Source of the DNA: an uncultured Chloroflexia bacterium
GTDB lineage: Bacteria; Chloroflexota; Limnocylindria; Limnocylindrales; CSP1-4
DNA: 64,000 nucleotides
Assembly: GCA_963813535.1 (NCBI GenBank)
Contig: CAWEZH010000002.1
Coordinates: 1,952,001-2,016,000 of the forward strand
Reading direction: 5' to 3'
Shown: positions 8,190-22,221 of the stretch, piece by piece
Position numbering within the stretch: the stretch's first letter is position 1
Layout: the number at the start of each line of letters is the position of its first letter
Notes under the pieces: generated by a model
The model's database searches: none
Told to the model about the DNA's origin: nothing
The model's input: only the letters and a program-made list of their open reading frames with translations
Made by a program: the position numbers and the translations under genes

Positions 8190-10715
8190 TCAGCTCCGGA
8201 TCCGCTCGTTGTCGGGGTCGAACAGCGGGGTGGCGCCGGCGATCGCCACCGTGACCGGGTAGCGCTCGCCGAAGTACTCGACCTGCAGCTTGGTCCCCTC
8301 GACGGCCTGCTCGGGCGGCAGGTACGACATGAGCAGGTGCTTGCCGACCGACGGACCGGACCCGGCGCTCGTGACGTACGACCGGCGGCCCTTGGCGTCG
8401 ACGAGCGGGCTGCCGTCCTCGGCGAGGATCGGCTCGCGGCCGAGCATGTACCGCTGCACGCCGCTCTTCGAGGTGTTGTCGTCGACAGTCAACGTGCACA
8501 GGATCGCGGCCGGCTCCGCGTCCCGCTGCCGCAGGTAGGCCTCGCGCCCGACGAAGTCGGCATCCTTGACCGTCGGGCGCGCCATCCCGGCTTCGACCAG
8601 GTCGAAATCGAGCTCGAGCTCGGCGCCATGCGCGCGGTAGCCCTTCTCCAGTCGCGATGTCACCGCGTACGTGCCGATCCCGACAGGGACGAGGCCGTGG
8701 GGTTGCCCCGCTCGCCAGAGGGCGTCCCAGACGCGCAGGCCCTGCTCGATGGGCACGTAGATCTCCCACCCGAGCTCGCCGACGTAGCTGATCCGCGACG
8801 CGAGGGTCCGGACGCCATCGACCTCGACGGTCTTCGACGTCAGGAACGGGAAGCCCTTGTGGCTGATGTCGGCGCTGCCGTCGGACGCCGCGCCGAGGAC
8901 GTCTCGGGCGCCCGGCCCCCACAGGCCGAAGGTCGTGAACGCGTTCGTCACGTCGTGCAACTGCGCCGAGCCGTCGGCGGGCATCGCGTCCCGGAAGATC
9001 TTCTTGTCGCGCATGCCCATGCCACCGCCGGTCACGACGCGGAACTGGTCATGGGCCAACCGCATGATCGTGAGGTCGGCCAGGATCCCACCGGCGCTGT
9101 TCAGCAACGGCGTGTAGACGGTCCGACCGGGCGCGACGTCGACCTTGTTGACCGCCAGGCGTTCCAGGGCGGCCAGTGCGCCGGGTCCGGTCACGTCGAA
9201 GATCGCGAATGCCGACAGGTCGACGAGGCCGGCCCGATCGCGCATCGCCAGATGCTCGGCGTTGATGATCGGCGACCACCAGCGTGATTCCCACTCGGCC
9301 TTGCGAGGCATGACGCGGTCCCCGTACTCGCCGAGGAGCGACTCGTTCGTGCCGTACCAATAGGGTCGCTCCCAGCCCGCCGCCTCGAAGAACTCGGCGC
9401 CCAGCTCGACATGTCGGTCGTAGGCCGGCGACAGCCGGATCGGCCGGTTCGAGCCCCACTGCTCCATCGGGTGGACGATGCCGTAGGTCTTGTTGAATCC
9501 CTCGCTGGCGCGCGCGTCGATGTGCTGCGCGGCCTTGTGGTGGTCGTAGAAGCGGGCGATGTCCGATCCGTGCGGGTCGATCTCGGGCTCGCCGGTGGTC
9601 ATCCACTCGGCGAGCGCCTTGGCGATGCCCGGCGCCTCCTTGATCCAGATCGCCGCCGCCGACCACAGTCCCTTCACCTCCGGGGTCTCGCCGATGATGG
9701 GGTTGCCGTCCGGGGTGAGCGACAGGAGTCCGTTGATCGCCAGCTTCACGCCGACGGATTCGTCACCGACGATCTCGGGGAAGAGCTCGAGGGCGTCCTC
9801 GAGCTGCGGGTCGAAGTCCTCCTGTGTGAACGGGAGCATCGTCGGCGACAGTGCGGAGGCCTCGATCGACGGGATGTCGTCGGCGTCCATCAGGATGGCC
9901 CGGTGGGCGTACGAGCCGACCTCGAAGCCGGTCCCGTGCTGTCGCTCGTACATGTTGGTGTCCATGTCCCGGACGATCGGGAAGCCGACTTCCTTGGTCG
10001 TGTGCTCGAACTGCGGCACCGGACCGATGTCGATCATCTGGTGCACCGCCGGGGTCAGCGGGATCGACGCCCCGGCCATCCGCGCGATGCGCGGGCTCCA
10101 CACGCCACACGCAACGACGACGGTGTCGGCGGCGACGTCGCCCTGGTCCGTGCGCACGCCGCGCACGTGCCCGTCGACGACGTCGATGCCGGTGACCTCG
10201 ACCCCGGCCGCGACCGTCAGGGCGCCCATGTCCTGCGCCTTCTGGCGCATGAGCGTGCCGGCCTGGAGCGAGTCCACGATGCCGACACCCGGGGTGTAGA
10301 ACCCGCCCAGGATCACCGAGTCCTCGATGAACGGGACCATCTCCTTGACCTCGGTCGGCGTGAGCAGCCGGGAACCCTCGATCCCCCACGAGGTCGAGGA
10401 CGCCATGCGGCGCTTGAGCTCCTCCATCCGTTCCGTCGTGCGCGCGACCTCGATCCCGCCCGTCTCGTCGTACACGCCGAGCTCTCGGTACTGGTTGGCG
10501 CTGTCGACCGTGAAGGCCGTCATCTCCTTCGAGTGGTCGACGAGGAAGATGAAGTTCGAGGCATGACCGGTCGACCCACCGGGGCTCGGGAGGGGCCCCT
10601 TGTCCAGCAGCACGATGTTCCGCCAGCCCTGCTCAGCCAGGTGGTACGCCATGCTGTTGCCGACGATGCCGGCGCCGATGACGACGACGTCCGCTCGCGC
10701 CGGGAGCGCGCCCAT
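8190..10715 (-). CDS. GcvT-family FAD/folate-dependent dimethylglycine or sarcosine dehydrogenase
   Basis: VVVIGAGIVG, GGSTGHA (flavinylated His site), TPDGNP, GWERP, SYVGELGWE, RLEKGYR; GGAGGAGG RBS. Confidence 0.93.
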   Translation of the reverse strand: MGALPARADVVVIGAGIVGNSMAYHLAEQGWRNIVLLDKGPLPSPGGSTGHASNFIFLVDHSKEMTAFTVDSANQYRELGVYDETGGIEVARTTERMEELKRRMASSTSWGIEGSRLLTPTEVKEMVPFIEDSVILGGFYTPGVGIVDSLQAGTLMRQKAQDMGALTVAAGVEVTGIDVVDGHVRGVRTDQGDVAADTVVVACGVWSPRIARMAGASIPLTPAVHQMIDIGPVPQFEHTTKEVGFPIVRDMDTNMYERQHGTGFEVGSYAHRAILMDADDIPSIEASALSPTMLPFTQEDFDPQLEDALELFPEIVGDESVGVKLAINGLLSLTPDGNPIIGETPEVKGLWSAAAIWIKEAPGIAKALAEWMTTGEPEIDPHGSDIARFYDHHKAAQHIDARASEGFNKTYGIVHPMEQWGSNRPIRLSPAYDRHVELGAEFFEAAGWERPYWYGTNESLLGEYGDRVMPRKAEWESRWWSPIINAEHLAMRDRAGLVDLSAFAIFDVTGPGALAALERLAVNKVDVAPGRTVYTPLLNSAGGILADLTIMRLAHDQFRVVTGGGMGMRDKKIFRDAMPADGSAQLHDVTNAFTTFGLWGPGARDVLGAASDGSADISHKGFPFLTSKTVEVDGVRTLASRISYVGELGWEIYVPIEQGLRVWDALWRAGQPHGLVPVGIGTYAVTSRLEKGYRAHGAELELDFDLVEAGMARPTVKDADFVGREAYLRQRDAEPAAILCTLTVDDNTSKSGVQRYMLGREPILAEDGSPLVDAKGRRSYVTSAGSGPSVGKHLLMSYLPPEQAVEGTKLQVEYFGERYPVTVAIAGATPLFDPDNERIRS

Positions 10716-10862
10716 GCAGACCCTCCTCCTCCGCCGCGTCGATGGGGCGGCGTGCGGGAGAGGATACCCGGACACCGGACCCGGAGCGCGCTACCGCGCC
10801 TTGACCGCCGCCCGAGCCGGTCCCATCCTCGGCCGTCCGAGCCAGAGTCGAGCGAGGGGACC

Positions 10863-12332
10863 GTGGCGAGCCTGTTCATCGATGGTGTGTGGGTCGCTTC
10901 AGGCGACGGGACGTGCAGTCCGGTCATCAACCCGAGCGACGGCTCGATCCTGACCGAGGTCGATGTCGCCACGGATGAGCAGGTACAGGCGGCGATCGCG
11001 GCGGCGCGTCGAGCGTTCGACGCGACCGACTGGCCACGGACGCCGGCCGGCGAGCGTGCCGCGCTCCTGGACCGCGTCGCGGGTCTGCTCGAGCGTGACC
11101 TCGAGGACCTGGCGCGCGAGGAGACCATCAACACGGGCAAGGCCATGCGCGAGAGCCGCGCCGACATCGCCGAGGTCGTGAGCGTCTTCCGCTACTACGC
11201 GGACATCGCCGACGACGAGCCGGGTCGAATCGTCGACGCGGGCGTCCCCACTGCCATCAGCCGCATCGCCTACGAGCCGGTCGGTGTGTGCGGGCTCATC
11301 GGACCGTGGAACTACCCGCTCCTCCAGTTGTCCTGGAAGATCGCGCCGGCCCTGGCCGCCGGCTGCACGGCCGTGATGAAGCCTGCTCACCTGACGCCGC
11401 TGACCGCGATCCACCTGACGCGGCTGCTCGACGAGGCCGGCGTGCCGCCGGGCGTGGTCAATCTCGTCCTGGGGCCGGGCGAGCGCGTCGGCCAGGCCCT
11501 CGCCGACTCGCCCGACATCGACCTCATCTCGCTCACCGGCGGCATCGAGGCCGGTCGGTCGCTGATGCGTGGCGCGGCGGTCAACGTGAAGCGGGTCGCG
11601 CTCGAGCTCGGCGGGAAGAGCCCCAACATCGTCTTCGCCGACGCCGACTTCGAGACGGCGGTCGACAACGCCCTTACCGCGGCGTTCGTCCATTCGGGCC
11701 AGGTCTGCTCTGCCGGCTGTCGGGCCATCGTCGAGGCGTCCATCCACGACCGGTTCGTGGCCGCTGTGGCCGCGCGGGCCGATCGGATCCGGGTCGGGCA
11801 CGGGTTGGATGAGCGGACCGAGACAGGGGCGCTCATCTCGGCCGAGCACCGGGCCAGGGTCGAGGCGTACGTCACGGGTGCCGTCGACGATGGGGCCCGC
11901 ATCGTGGCCGGCGGCCGGCGTCCGGCCGAGCCCGAGCTCCAGGCGGGCTTCTTCTACCGACCGACGGTCGTCGCCGATGTCACTCGCGAGATGCGGATCG
12001 TGCGCGAGGAGGTCTTCGGCCCGGTGCTCACCGTCGAGCAATTCTCGACCGAGGACGAGGCGATCGAGCTCGCGAACGACACCGAGTACGGCCTGGCCGG
12101 GGCGGTCTGGACGGCCGATGCCGCGCGCGCCCAGCGCGTCGCCGCCCGGCTTCGGGCCGGCACCGTCTGGATCAACGACTACAACATGTACGTGCCGCAG
12201 GCGGAGTGGGGCGGCTTCAAGCGCTCCGGGATCGGCCGGGAACTTGGCCCGAGCGGGCTGGACGAGTACCGTGAGGCGAAGCACATCTGGCTGAACACGG
12301 CGCCTGGTCCCACTGGCTGGTTCGGAGGGTGA
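10863..12332 (+). CDS. betB: Aldehyde dehydrogenase, probable betaine-aldehyde dehydrogenase
   Basis: [38 protein letters not shown]; directly upstream of betaine ABC genes. Confidence 0.85.
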   Translation: MASLFIDGVWVASGDGTCSPVINPSDGSILTEVDVATDEQVQAAIAAARRAFDATDWPRTPAGERAALLDRVAGLLERDLEDLAREETINTGKAMRESRADIAEVVSVFRYYADIADDEPGRIVDAGVPTAISRIAYEPVGVCGLIGPWNYPLLQLSWKIAPALAAGCTAVMKPAHLTPLTAIHLTRLLDEAGVPPGVVNLVLGPGERVGQALADSPDIDLISLTGGIEAGRSLMRGAAVNVKRVALELGGKSPNIVFADADFETAVDNALTAAFVHSGQVCSAGCRAIVEASIHDRFVAAVAARADRIRVGHGLDERTETGALISAEHRARVEAYVTGAVDDGARIVAGGRRPAEPELQAGFFYRPTVVADVTREMRIVREEVFGPVLTVEQFSTEDEAIELANDTEYGLAGAVWTADAARAQRVAARLRAGTVWINDYNMYVPQAEWGGFKRSGIGRELGPSGLDEYREAKHIWLNTAPGPTGWFGG

Positions 12333-12336
12333 CGAC

Positions 12337-13443
12337 GTGACCGCGACCACGGATCCGGTGACCCGCGTACCCGTGAGCGAGCACTCCCCGTCGGAGCCGA
12401 CGCTGGCCGTCAGGAACCTGTGGAAGATCTTCGGGGAGGCTGAGCACAAGGTCATCGGCACGCCGGACGCTGCCCTCACTCGGGACGAGCTGCGACGGAA
12501 GACCGGCGCCACGATCGGCCTGCGCGACGTGTCGTTCGACGTCCGGCCCGGCGAGGTCTGCGTGGTGATGGGGCTGTCGGGCAGCGGCAAGTCGACGCTC
12601 GTGCGCTGCATGACGCGACTCATCGAGCCGACAGCCGGCGAGGTCCTGCTCGATGGCGAGGACATCCTCGCGGCCAGCCAGGAGAAGCTGCGCGAGCTTC
12701 GTCGACGGCGCTTCAGCATGGTCTTCCAGCACTTCGGCCTGCTGCCCCACCGGAAGGTGATCGAGAACGTCGCCTTCGGCCTCGAGATCCGCGGTGAGAC
12801 GAAGGCCGCTCGAGAGGAGCGCGCGCGGGCGATCATCGACCTCGTCGGGCTCCAGGGCCACGCCGACAGCTACCCGGATCAGCTCTCCGGAGGGATGCAA
12901 CAGCGGGTGGGCCTCGCCCGCGCCCTGGCCGTCGATCCCGAGGTGATGTTCCTCGACGAGCCGTTCAGCGCGCTCGATCCGCTGATCCGCCGGGACATGC
13001 AGAACGAGGTCCTGCGCCTCCACCACGAGGTCGGCAAGACCATGGTGTTCATCACGCACGACCTGGCCGAGGCGCTGAAGCTCGGCGATCACATCGTGAT
13101 CATGCGCGACGGCGCGGTCGTCCAGATCGGCCGACCGGAAGAGGTCGTAGGCGCCCCCGCCGACGACTACGTCGCCGATTTCGTGAGCGACGTGCCCAAG
13201 AGCCACGTACTGACGCTGCGCTGGATCATGCGGCCGGTCGAGCCCGGCGACCCGACGGACGGTCCCGAATTCGCGGCCTCCGCCGTCATCAACACCTGTC
13301 TCGAGACCGCGGCGTCCACCGATCGGCCGATCCGTGTCGTCGAGGACGGCCGGCTCGTCGGCATGGTCGACCGGGCTCGCATCCTTGCCGCCGTCGCCGA
13401 CACGGTCGGAGGGCGGCTGATCGACACGATGGCCGGCCGATGA
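12337..13443 (+). CDS. proV: Glycine betaine/choline/proline ABC transporter ATP-binding subunit
   Basis: [45 protein letters not shown]. Confidence 0.93.
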   Translation: MTATTDPVTRVPVSEHSPSEPTLAVRNLWKIFGEAEHKVIGTPDAALTRDELRRKTGATIGLRDVSFDVRPGEVCVVMGLSGSGKSTLVRCMTRLIEPTAGEVLLDGEDILAASQEKLRELRRRRFSMVFQHFGLLPHRKVIENVAFGLEIRGETKAAREERARAIIDLVGLQGHADSYPDQLSGGMQQRVGLARALAVDPEVMFLDEPFSALDPLIRRDMQNEVLRLHHEVGKTMVFITHDLAEALKLGDHIVIMRDGAVVQIGRPEEVVGAPADDYVADFVSDVPKSHVLTLRWIMRPVEPGDPTDGPEFAASAVINTCLETAASTDRPIRVVEDGRLVGMVDRARILAAVADTVGGRLIDTMAGR

Positions 13444-15377
13444 CGGCAGTCTCGGTCCCGGCCATCCGCCGACGCGAGGCGGCCATCCCGAAGTGGGCGT
13501 GGTTCCTCGCGATCATGGCCGTCGCGGCCATCCTCTATGTCCTGTTCGCGGGCACGGCTGTCCAGCCGCATGACAACCAGCACCCGCTGTTCCTCGCCCT
13601 CAACAGCGTGCGCGACTGGATCCGGGACAACCGCGACAACCCGGTCTACTTCGTCCTCTTCGTGATCCCGCGAACGGTCGTTGACATCCTGCTGGAATCG
13701 CTGACCGGGGCGTTGCACGCCATCGGCTGGCCGGCCCTCATCGCGGTCGCCGGCCTCCTCGGCTACGTCGCCGATGGGCTCCGCCGTGCAGTCCTGACCG
13801 CCCTCGGGTTCGCTGTGCTCGGCTTGCTCGGCCTGTGGACGTCGAGCGTCGACACCCTCGGGGCGATCATCGCCGCGGTGTCCCTGGCGATCCTGTTCGG
13901 CGTCCCGCTCGGCATCCTCGTCGCCCAGAACGCCCGGGCCAGACGGATCCTGACGCCGATCCTGGACGTGATGCAGATCATGCCGACGTTCGCCTACCTG
14001 GGGCCGTTCGTGTTGCTGTACGGGATCGGACCGGCGGCTGCGGCCATCGTCACGCTCATCTACGCGATGCCGGCGGCGATCCGCATCACGGCCCTGGGCA
14101 TCCGCGGCGTGCCGGTCAATACGGTCGAGGCCGGACGATCGCTGGGGGCGACGGGTCGCCAGTTGCTGACCGGGGTCAAGCTGCCGATGGCTCGCAAGGA
14201 GCTGGCCCTCGCGCTCAACCAGACGTTGATGCTGTCGCTCTCGATGATCGTGATCACGGCGCTCATCAACGCACCGGGTCTCGGGCAGGACACGCTCACC
14301 GCGCTGATCCGCAACGACGCAGGTGCGATGTTCGATGCCGGCGTGGCCATCGTCATCCTGGCGATCGCCCTCGATCGGCTCACCGAAGGGTTCAGCCTCC
14401 GCCTCGACCCCCACCGGCGGGCGACGGCCGGGATCACCTCCACCGATCGGCGCTGGCTACGGATCGGGCTCATCGCGTGCGCGGGCCTCGCGCTGATCGG
14501 CCTGGTGGTCCCGTTCGCCCAGGATTTCCCGGACGCCATCACGATCTCGTTCCGGGAGCCCGTGAACGCATTCGTCGATTGGCTCCGCAGCGATGTCGCC
14601 TGGCTGACAAGCGGGATCAAGGACATCGTCACCTACGGGCTCTTGAACCCGATCCAGGAGGTTCTGACACAGGCGCCGTTCTGGCTGGTGATCGGCGTCG
14701 TGGTCGCCCTGACCGTGCTGATCAGCGGCATGCGCGCGGCGATGGTGGCGGGCCTCGCACTCGCCGCGATCTTCGCGATGGGTCTCTGGCAGCACTCGAT
14801 GGAGACCTTGATGCAGGTGCTCGTCGCGACCGGCTTCACGTTCGCGATCGGCCTGGCACTGGGCATCGCGTCCGCGCGCAGCGATCGCATCGCCGGGATC
14901 CTTCGTCCGATCCTCGATACCCTCCAGACGATCCCCGCGTTCGTGTACCTGCTCCCGGCGCTGATCCTGTTCGAAGCGACGCGGATGACCGCCATCTTCG
15001 CGGCGGTCATCTTCGCCCTCCCGCCGGTCATCCGGCTCGTCGACATCGGGATCCGGTCGGTACCGGCCACGATCATCGAGTCCGCCACGTCATCAGGAGC
15101 GGACAGTCGCCAGATGCTGACGGGGGTACAGCTGCCGATCGCGCGACCGGCCATCATCCTCGCCGCCAACCAGGCGGTGATCATCGTCCTTTCGATGATC
15201 GTGGTCGGCGGTCTCGTCGGTGGCGGTGCGCTCGGCTACGACGTGGTGGCCGGCTTCTCGCAGGGGGACAAGTTCGGGCTCGGGCTGGCCGCGGGGTTTG
15301 CCCTGGTCCTGCTTGGCGTCATGCTGGACCGGATGACCCAGGGAGCCGCGGGACGAGTCTCACCGCTACAACGGTGA
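13440..15377 (+). CDS. proW: Betaine ABC transporter permease with two fused ProW domains
   Basis: Two copies of the PILDxxQxxPxFxYL motif plus EAA loops; hydrophobic. Confidence 0.9.
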   Translation: MTAVSVPAIRRREAAIPKWAWFLAIMAVAAILYVLFAGTAVQPHDNQHPLFLALNSVRDWIRDNRDNPVYFVLFVIPRTVVDILLESLTGALHAIGWPALIAVAGLLGYVADGLRRAVLTALGFAVLGLLGLWTSSVDTLGAIIAAVSLAILFGVPLGILVAQNARARRILTPILDVMQIMPTFAYLGPFVLLYGIGPAAAAIVTLIYAMPAAIRITALGIRGVPVNTVEAGRSLGATGRQLLTGVKLPMARKELALALNQTLMLSLSMIVITALINAPGLGQDTLTALIRNDAGAMFDAGVAIVILAIALDRLTEGFSLRLDPHRRATAGITSTDRRWLRIGLIACAGLALIGLVVPFAQDFPDAITISFREPVNAFVDWLRSDVAWLTSGIKDIVTYGLLNPIQEVLTQAPFWLVIGVVVALTVLISGMRAAMVAGLALAAIFAMGLWQHSMETLMQVLVATGFTFAIGLALGIASARSDRIAGILRPILDTLQTIPAFVYLLPALILFEATRMTAIFAAVIFALPPVIRLVDIGIRSVPATIIESATSSGADSRQMLTGVQLPIARPAIILAANQAVIIVLSMIVVGGLVGGGALGYDVVAGFSQGDKFGLGLAAGFALVLLGVMLDRMTQGAAGRVSPLQR

Positions 15378-15471
15378 CGGCGCGAGCCCGGGGGTTTCCT
15401 CGACGGCGTCTGTCGCGGATAATCGCCGGACCGACCCGGTCGCCGGGTCGTCAGAGGAGGATCCAGACCTG

Positions 15472-16410
15472 ATGGGTGTGACCAGGCGCGCTCGCGCGCT
15501 CATCGCAGCGACCGGCACTGCGCTCGTCGTCGCTGCGTGCAGTGGTGGAGGCGGAACCAGCGAGGTCGTCGACATCGCCGTCAATCCGTGGGTGGGCTAC
15601 GAGGCCAACGCGGGCGTCGTCGGCAACCTGCTGGAGAAGCAGCTCGGCTTCAAGGTCGAGTACAAGGACCTGGCCGAACAGGTGAGCTGGGAGGGCTTCG
15701 AGTCCGGCGAGGTGGACGCCATCGTCGAGAACTGGGGCCACGCGGACCTGATCAAGACCTACGTGACCGACAAGGCCGTGGCGGTCGCCGCGGGGAGCAC
15801 CGGGGTCGATGGCATCATCGGCTGGTTCGTTCCGCCCTGGATGGCGACGCAGTACCCCGACATCACCGACTACACGAAGCTCAACGGCTACGCCGAGATG
15901 TTCAAGACGTCCGAATCCGGTGACAAGGGTCAGTTCCTGGCCGGGGACCCGTCGTTCGTGACCAACGACCAGGGCATCATCAACGGTCTCGATCTGAACT
16001 TCGAGGTCGTGTACGCCGGCAGCGAGGCCGCCCTCATCGAGGCGTTCCGCAAGGCCGAGCAGGACAAGACACCGCTGCTCGGGTACTTCTACTCGCCGCA
16101 GTGGTTCCTCAACGAGGTGCCGCTCGTCAAGATCAACCTCCCGGAGTGGACAGAAGGGTGCGACGCGAACCCGGAGAACATCACCTGCGACTACGCGCCG
16201 TACACCCCGCTCGACAAGTACATCAGCAAGAACCTCGAGACGAAGGCACCGAAGGCCGCCCAGTTCATCAAGAACTTCCAGTGGACGGCCGAAGACCAGA
16301 ACACTGTCGCCAACTACATCACCAACGAGAACATGGACCGCGCCGCGGCCGCTGAGAAGTGGGTCGCCGAGAACGAGGCGGTCTGGAAGCCCTGGATCCC
16401 GGCCTCCTGA
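15472..16410 (+). CDS. proX: Betaine ABC transporter substrate-binding lipoprotein
   Basis: Lipobox LVVAAC; PWVGYEAN, ENWGH, GYFYSPQW; GAGGAGG RBS. Confidence 0.9.
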   Translation: MGVTRRARALIAATGTALVVAACSGGGGTSEVVDIAVNPWVGYEANAGVVGNLLEKQLGFKVEYKDLAEQVSWEGFESGEVDAIVENWGHADLIKTYVTDKAVAVAAGSTGVDGIIGWFVPPWMATQYPDITDYTKLNGYAEMFKTSESGDKGQFLAGDPSFVTNDQGIINGLDLNFEVVYAGSEAALIEAFRKAEQDKTPLLGYFYSPQWFLNEVPLVKINLPEWTEGCDANPENITCDYAPYTPLDKYISKNLETKAPKAAQFIKNFQWTAEDQNTVANYITNENMDRAAAAEKWVAENEAVWKPWIPAS

Positions 16411-18950
<2,540 letters not shown>

Positions 18951-19009
18951 CCACCGCGCGAGGCGATATCTTCGCGGACATCCGGCGTTAACAAACCCAT
19001 CACATGGTC

Positions 19010-19043
19010 TTGACGCCCGACGACCTGAGAGGTGCAATGCACC
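19010..19043 (+). promoter_or_regulatory. Putative sigma70 promoter with overlapping palindrome
   Basis: TTGACG (19010)-17 nt-TGCAAT; GGTGCA-A-TGCACC palindrome (19031-19043) covers the -10. Confidence 0.55.
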
Positions 19044-19158
19044 GACACCGGAGCGAGGCGTGGGAGATCGGCCCATCCGGGATGACTTGGGAATGAGGAG
19101 GTCCCGGGTCGGGGTTCAGGGCGACCACCGTCATCCACAGGATCCTGGAGGAGACACG

Positions 19159-20394
19159 TTGACCACGAAACGGTATCTGACCCGCTGGGCGGGCCTGTTC
19201 GCCGCATCGGCGATCATCTTCGGAGCGTGCTCGAGTCCGGCCGCGTCGACCGCGCCGTCGGCTGCGTCCACGGCACCGTCCGTAGCGCCATCGGAGAGCG
19301 CCGGGGCGTCGCCATCGGCGTCCGCCGCCGCAGGCGGCTTCGAGCAGTTCGTACCCGACCCGGCGCTGCTCGCGGCCGCAAAGGCTGAGGGCACGCTCTC
19401 GACGATCGCGTTGCCCCACGATTGGTGCAACTACGGCCCGCGAGACGGCTGGACGGGGTCGAACGTCATCGACACCTTCAAGGAGCGAACGGGGCTCGAG
19501 GTCAATGAGCTCGATCCGCTCGCCGGCTCAGGCGACGAGGTCGAGGCGATCAAAGCCAACAAAGACAACCCCGGACCGCAGGCCCCGGACGTCATCGACG
19601 TCGGCCTATCCTTCGGTCCATCGGCCAAGGAAGAGAGCCTGCTGCAGGCGTACAAGGTGGCCACGTGGGACACCATCCCAGAGGACGCCAAGGATGCCGA
19701 GGGCTTCTGGGTGGGCGACTACTACGGCGTCCTGTCGTTCGAGGTCAACACGGCCGTCGTCCCGAACGTTCCGCAGGACTGGGCCGACCTGCTGAAGCCC
19801 GAATACAAGGGCCAGATCGCCCTCGCCGGCGATCCGCGGACCTCCAACCAGGCGATCCAGACGGTCTATGCTGCGGCGCTCGCCAACGGCGGGTCGCTCG
19901 ACAACGCACAGCCCGGCCTCGACTTCTTCAAGCAACTCAACGACGCCGGCAACCTCCTGCCCGGCATCTCCTCGGCGGCGACGGTCGCATCGGGCGACAC
20001 GCCGATCACGATCCGCTGGACCTACAACGCCCTCGCCGGCCGCGATGCGACGGCGGCAAGTGGTGGCCCGGCGATCGAGGTCGTCGTTCCCGCGAGCGGT
20101 CGCTTCGCCGGCGTGTACGTCCAGGGCATCAGCGCATTCGCGCCGCACCCGAACGCGGCCAAGTTGTGGCAGGAGTTCCTATACAGCGACGAAGGCCAGA
20201 ACAACTGGCTCGCGGGCTATTGCCATCCCATCCGCTACGAGAACCTCGTCACGGAGAACAAGGTGCCGCAGGAGCAGCTCGACAAGCTGCCGGATGTCGA
20301 GGGCGCGGTCTTCCCGACCCTCGATCAGCTGAATGCGGCCACCGCGCTCATCACCGAGAAGTGGGACAGCACGGTGGGGCTGAACGTCCAGTAG
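19159..20394 (+). CDS. ABC transporter substrate-binding lipoprotein (PotD/AfuA-like family)
   Basis: GGAGGAG RBS + TTG; lipobox IIFGAC; Ser/Ala/Pro linker; APDVIDVG, PQDWADLLKPEYKGQI, APHPNAAKLW. Confidence 0.9.
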   Translation: MTTKRYLTRWAGLFAASAIIFGACSSPAASTAPSAASTAPSVAPSESAGASPSASAAAGGFEQFVPDPALLAAAKAEGTLSTIALPHDWCNYGPRDGWTGSNVIDTFKERTGLEVNELDPLAGSGDEVEAIKANKDNPGPQAPDVIDVGLSFGPSAKEESLLQAYKVATWDTIPEDAKDAEGFWVGDYYGVLSFEVNTAVVPNVPQDWADLLKPEYKGQIALAGDPRTSNQAIQTVYAAALANGGSLDNAQPGLDFFKQLNDAGNLLPGISSAATVASGDTPITIRWTYNALAGRDATAASGGPAIEVVVPASGRFAGVYVQGISAFAPHPNAAKLWQEFLYSDEGQNNWLAGYCHPIRYENLVTENKVPQEQLDKLPDVEGAVFPTLDQLNAATALITEKWDSTVGLNVQ

Positions 20395-20422
20395 CCGACT
20401 GACGCGCTCGGCGGACCACACC

Positions 20423-21325
20423 GTGGACACCGCGACGTCGATCGGGGAACGGGGCGCGCCGCTGGCGCGCCCCGTTCGTCCGCGCCCGGACTGGTCATGG
20501 CTGGGCGTGGTCCCCTTCCTGCTGTTCAGCACGGCATTCATGTTCCTCCCGGCGGCGTATCTCGTCGTCGGCAGTTTCCGGAACAACGCCGGCGAGACAA
20601 CGCTCCAGAACTTTCGGGACCTGTCCACCGGGATCATCCCGGGTGCCTTCCTGACGACGATCGAGGTCAGCCTGGTGACGGCAGTCCTCGGTGGACTGCT
20701 CGGTCTGCTGTTGGCGTACGCACTCATCCTCGGCGGTCTGCCCAAGGCCTTCCGCACCGCGCTGCTGACCTTCTGCGGCGTCGCCTCGAACTTCGCGGGC
20801 GTACCGCTCGCGCTCGCGTTCACGTTCACGCTCGGTCAGCTCGGCTTCGTGACGGTCCTGCTGCGCAACGCGGGAATCGACCCGTACGTCAACGGGTTCC
20901 GCCTGACGAGCAAGCTGGGTGTCGAGCTCGTCTACCTGTACTTCCAGCTGCCCCTCATGGTCCTGATCATCGCGCCAGCCATCGACGGCCTGCGGCGTGA
21001 GTGGCGCGAGGCCGCAGAGAGCATGGGGGCGAGCGCGCGCCAGTACTGGCGCCACGTGGGCCTGCCCATCCTGACGCCTTCGATCCTCGGCACGATGGTC
21101 CTGCTGTTCGGCAACGCGTTCGGCGCGCAGGCGACGGCCTTCCAGCTGACCGGCGGGACTCTCAACCTCGTGCCGATCGTCATCGGCGCTCAGATCCGCG
21201 GCGACGTCCTCCATAACCCGGGTCTGGGCTACGCCATGGCGATGGGGATGGTCGTGATCATGGCCCTGTCGATCGGCCTGTACACGATCCTCCAGCGGCG
21301 CGCCGAGCGGTGGCTGCGGCTATGA
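20423..21325 (+). CDS. ABC transporter permease (PotB-like)
   Basis: YFQLPLMVL, WREAAESMGA EAA loop. Confidence 0.92.
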   Translation: MDTATSIGERGAPLARPVRPRPDWSWLGVVPFLLFSTAFMFLPAAYLVVGSFRNNAGETTLQNFRDLSTGIIPGAFLTTIEVSLVTAVLGGLLGLLLAYALILGGLPKAFRTALLTFCGVASNFAGVPLALAFTFTLGQLGFVTVLLRNAGIDPYVNGFRLTSKLGVELVYLYFQLPLMVLIIAPAIDGLRREWREAAESMGASARQYWRHVGLPILTPSILGTMVLLFGNAFGAQATAFQLTGGTLNLVPIVIGAQIRGDVLHNPGLGYAMAMGMVVIMALSIGLYTILQRRAERWLRL

Positions 21326-22209
21326 CCACGGACGCGCCTCCGATGGCGACCGAAACCGGCCTGAACGCGAACACGGCACGAGCGACCGCGATAGCGGCCG
21401 CGGCACGACGCGAGCGGCGCCGTCCCGGGAATCCGCTCTCCTGGCTGATCCTGATCCTGGCGTTGATGTATTTCCTCGTGCCGCTCATCGGGACGTTCAT
21501 CCATTCGATCCGGACCCGCCCGGATATCTTCCTCGCCTATCGCCAGGTGTTCGCCGACCCGAAGTTCTTCGGCGGCCTCGCCTACTCCTTCACGGTCGGC
21601 GTGATCACGATCATGCTCAGCCTGTTGCTCATCGTGCCGACCGCCTACTGGGTCCGGCTGAAGGTCCCGCGGCTGCGACCCGTCGTCGAGTTCGTGACGC
21701 TCATGCCGTTCGTGATCCCGCCGGTCGTGCTGGTGTTCGGGCTGATCCGCGTCTACAGCAGCCGCCCGCTCGTCCTGACTGCGACCGATCTCGGCAGTGA
21801 CATCGTGCTTGTCTGCGCGTATGTGATCTTGTCGTTCCCGTACATGTACCGGGCGGTCGACACGGGCCTCGCGGCGATCGACGTCCGCACGCTCACGGAG
21901 GCTGCCCAGAGCATGGGCTCAAGCTGGGCGCGGATCATGTGGCAGGTCATCTTCCCGAACCTGCGCACCGCACTGCTGTCCGGGGCGTTCCTCACCCTCG
22001 CCATCGTCATCGGCGAGTACACGATCGCAAGCTTCCTGGCCCGCACCGCCGCATTCGGGCCCTACCTCTCGCTCCTCGGCCGCAGCCAGCCGTACCAGCC
22101 CGCGGCGGTGTCGCTCATCAGCTTCGGGCTGACCTGGGTCGCGATGCTCCTCATCGCCCTCGTCGGCCGCGGCGCGCGCCAGCGCGTCCAGGTGGCGGGC
22201 GCCCGCTAG
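21322..22209 (+). CDS. ABC transporter permease (PotC-like)
   Basis: PFVIPPVV, LTEAAQSMG, IGEYTIA; ATGA overlap with previous gene. Confidence 0.92.
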   Translation: MTTDAPPMATETGLNANTARATAIAAAARRERRRPGNPLSWLILILALMYFLVPLIGTFIHSIRTRPDIFLAYRQVFADPKFFGGLAYSFTVGVITIMLSLLLIVPTAYWVRLKVPRLRPVVEFVTLMPFVIPPVVLVFGLIRVYSSRPLVLTATDLGSDIVLVCAYVILSFPYMYRAVDTGLAAIDVRTLTEAAQSMGSSWARIMWQVIFPNLRTALLSGAFLTLAIVIGEYTIASFLARTAAFGPYLSLLGRSQPYQPAAVSLISFGLTWVAMLLIALVGRGARQRVQVAGAR

Positions 22210-22221
22210 GATGGCCGACGC

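Noticed and set aside
9411-10862. Apparent 480-aa N-terminal extension on the aldehyde dehydrogenase
   Set aside because: Antisense to the GcvT-type gene; ALDH homology starts at GTG 10863 after a GAGGGG RBS
19243-19290. Imperfect 21-nt tandem repeat (ASTAPSA units)
   Set aside because: Low-complexity lipoprotein linker with synonymous divergence; not CRISPR or a mobile repeat
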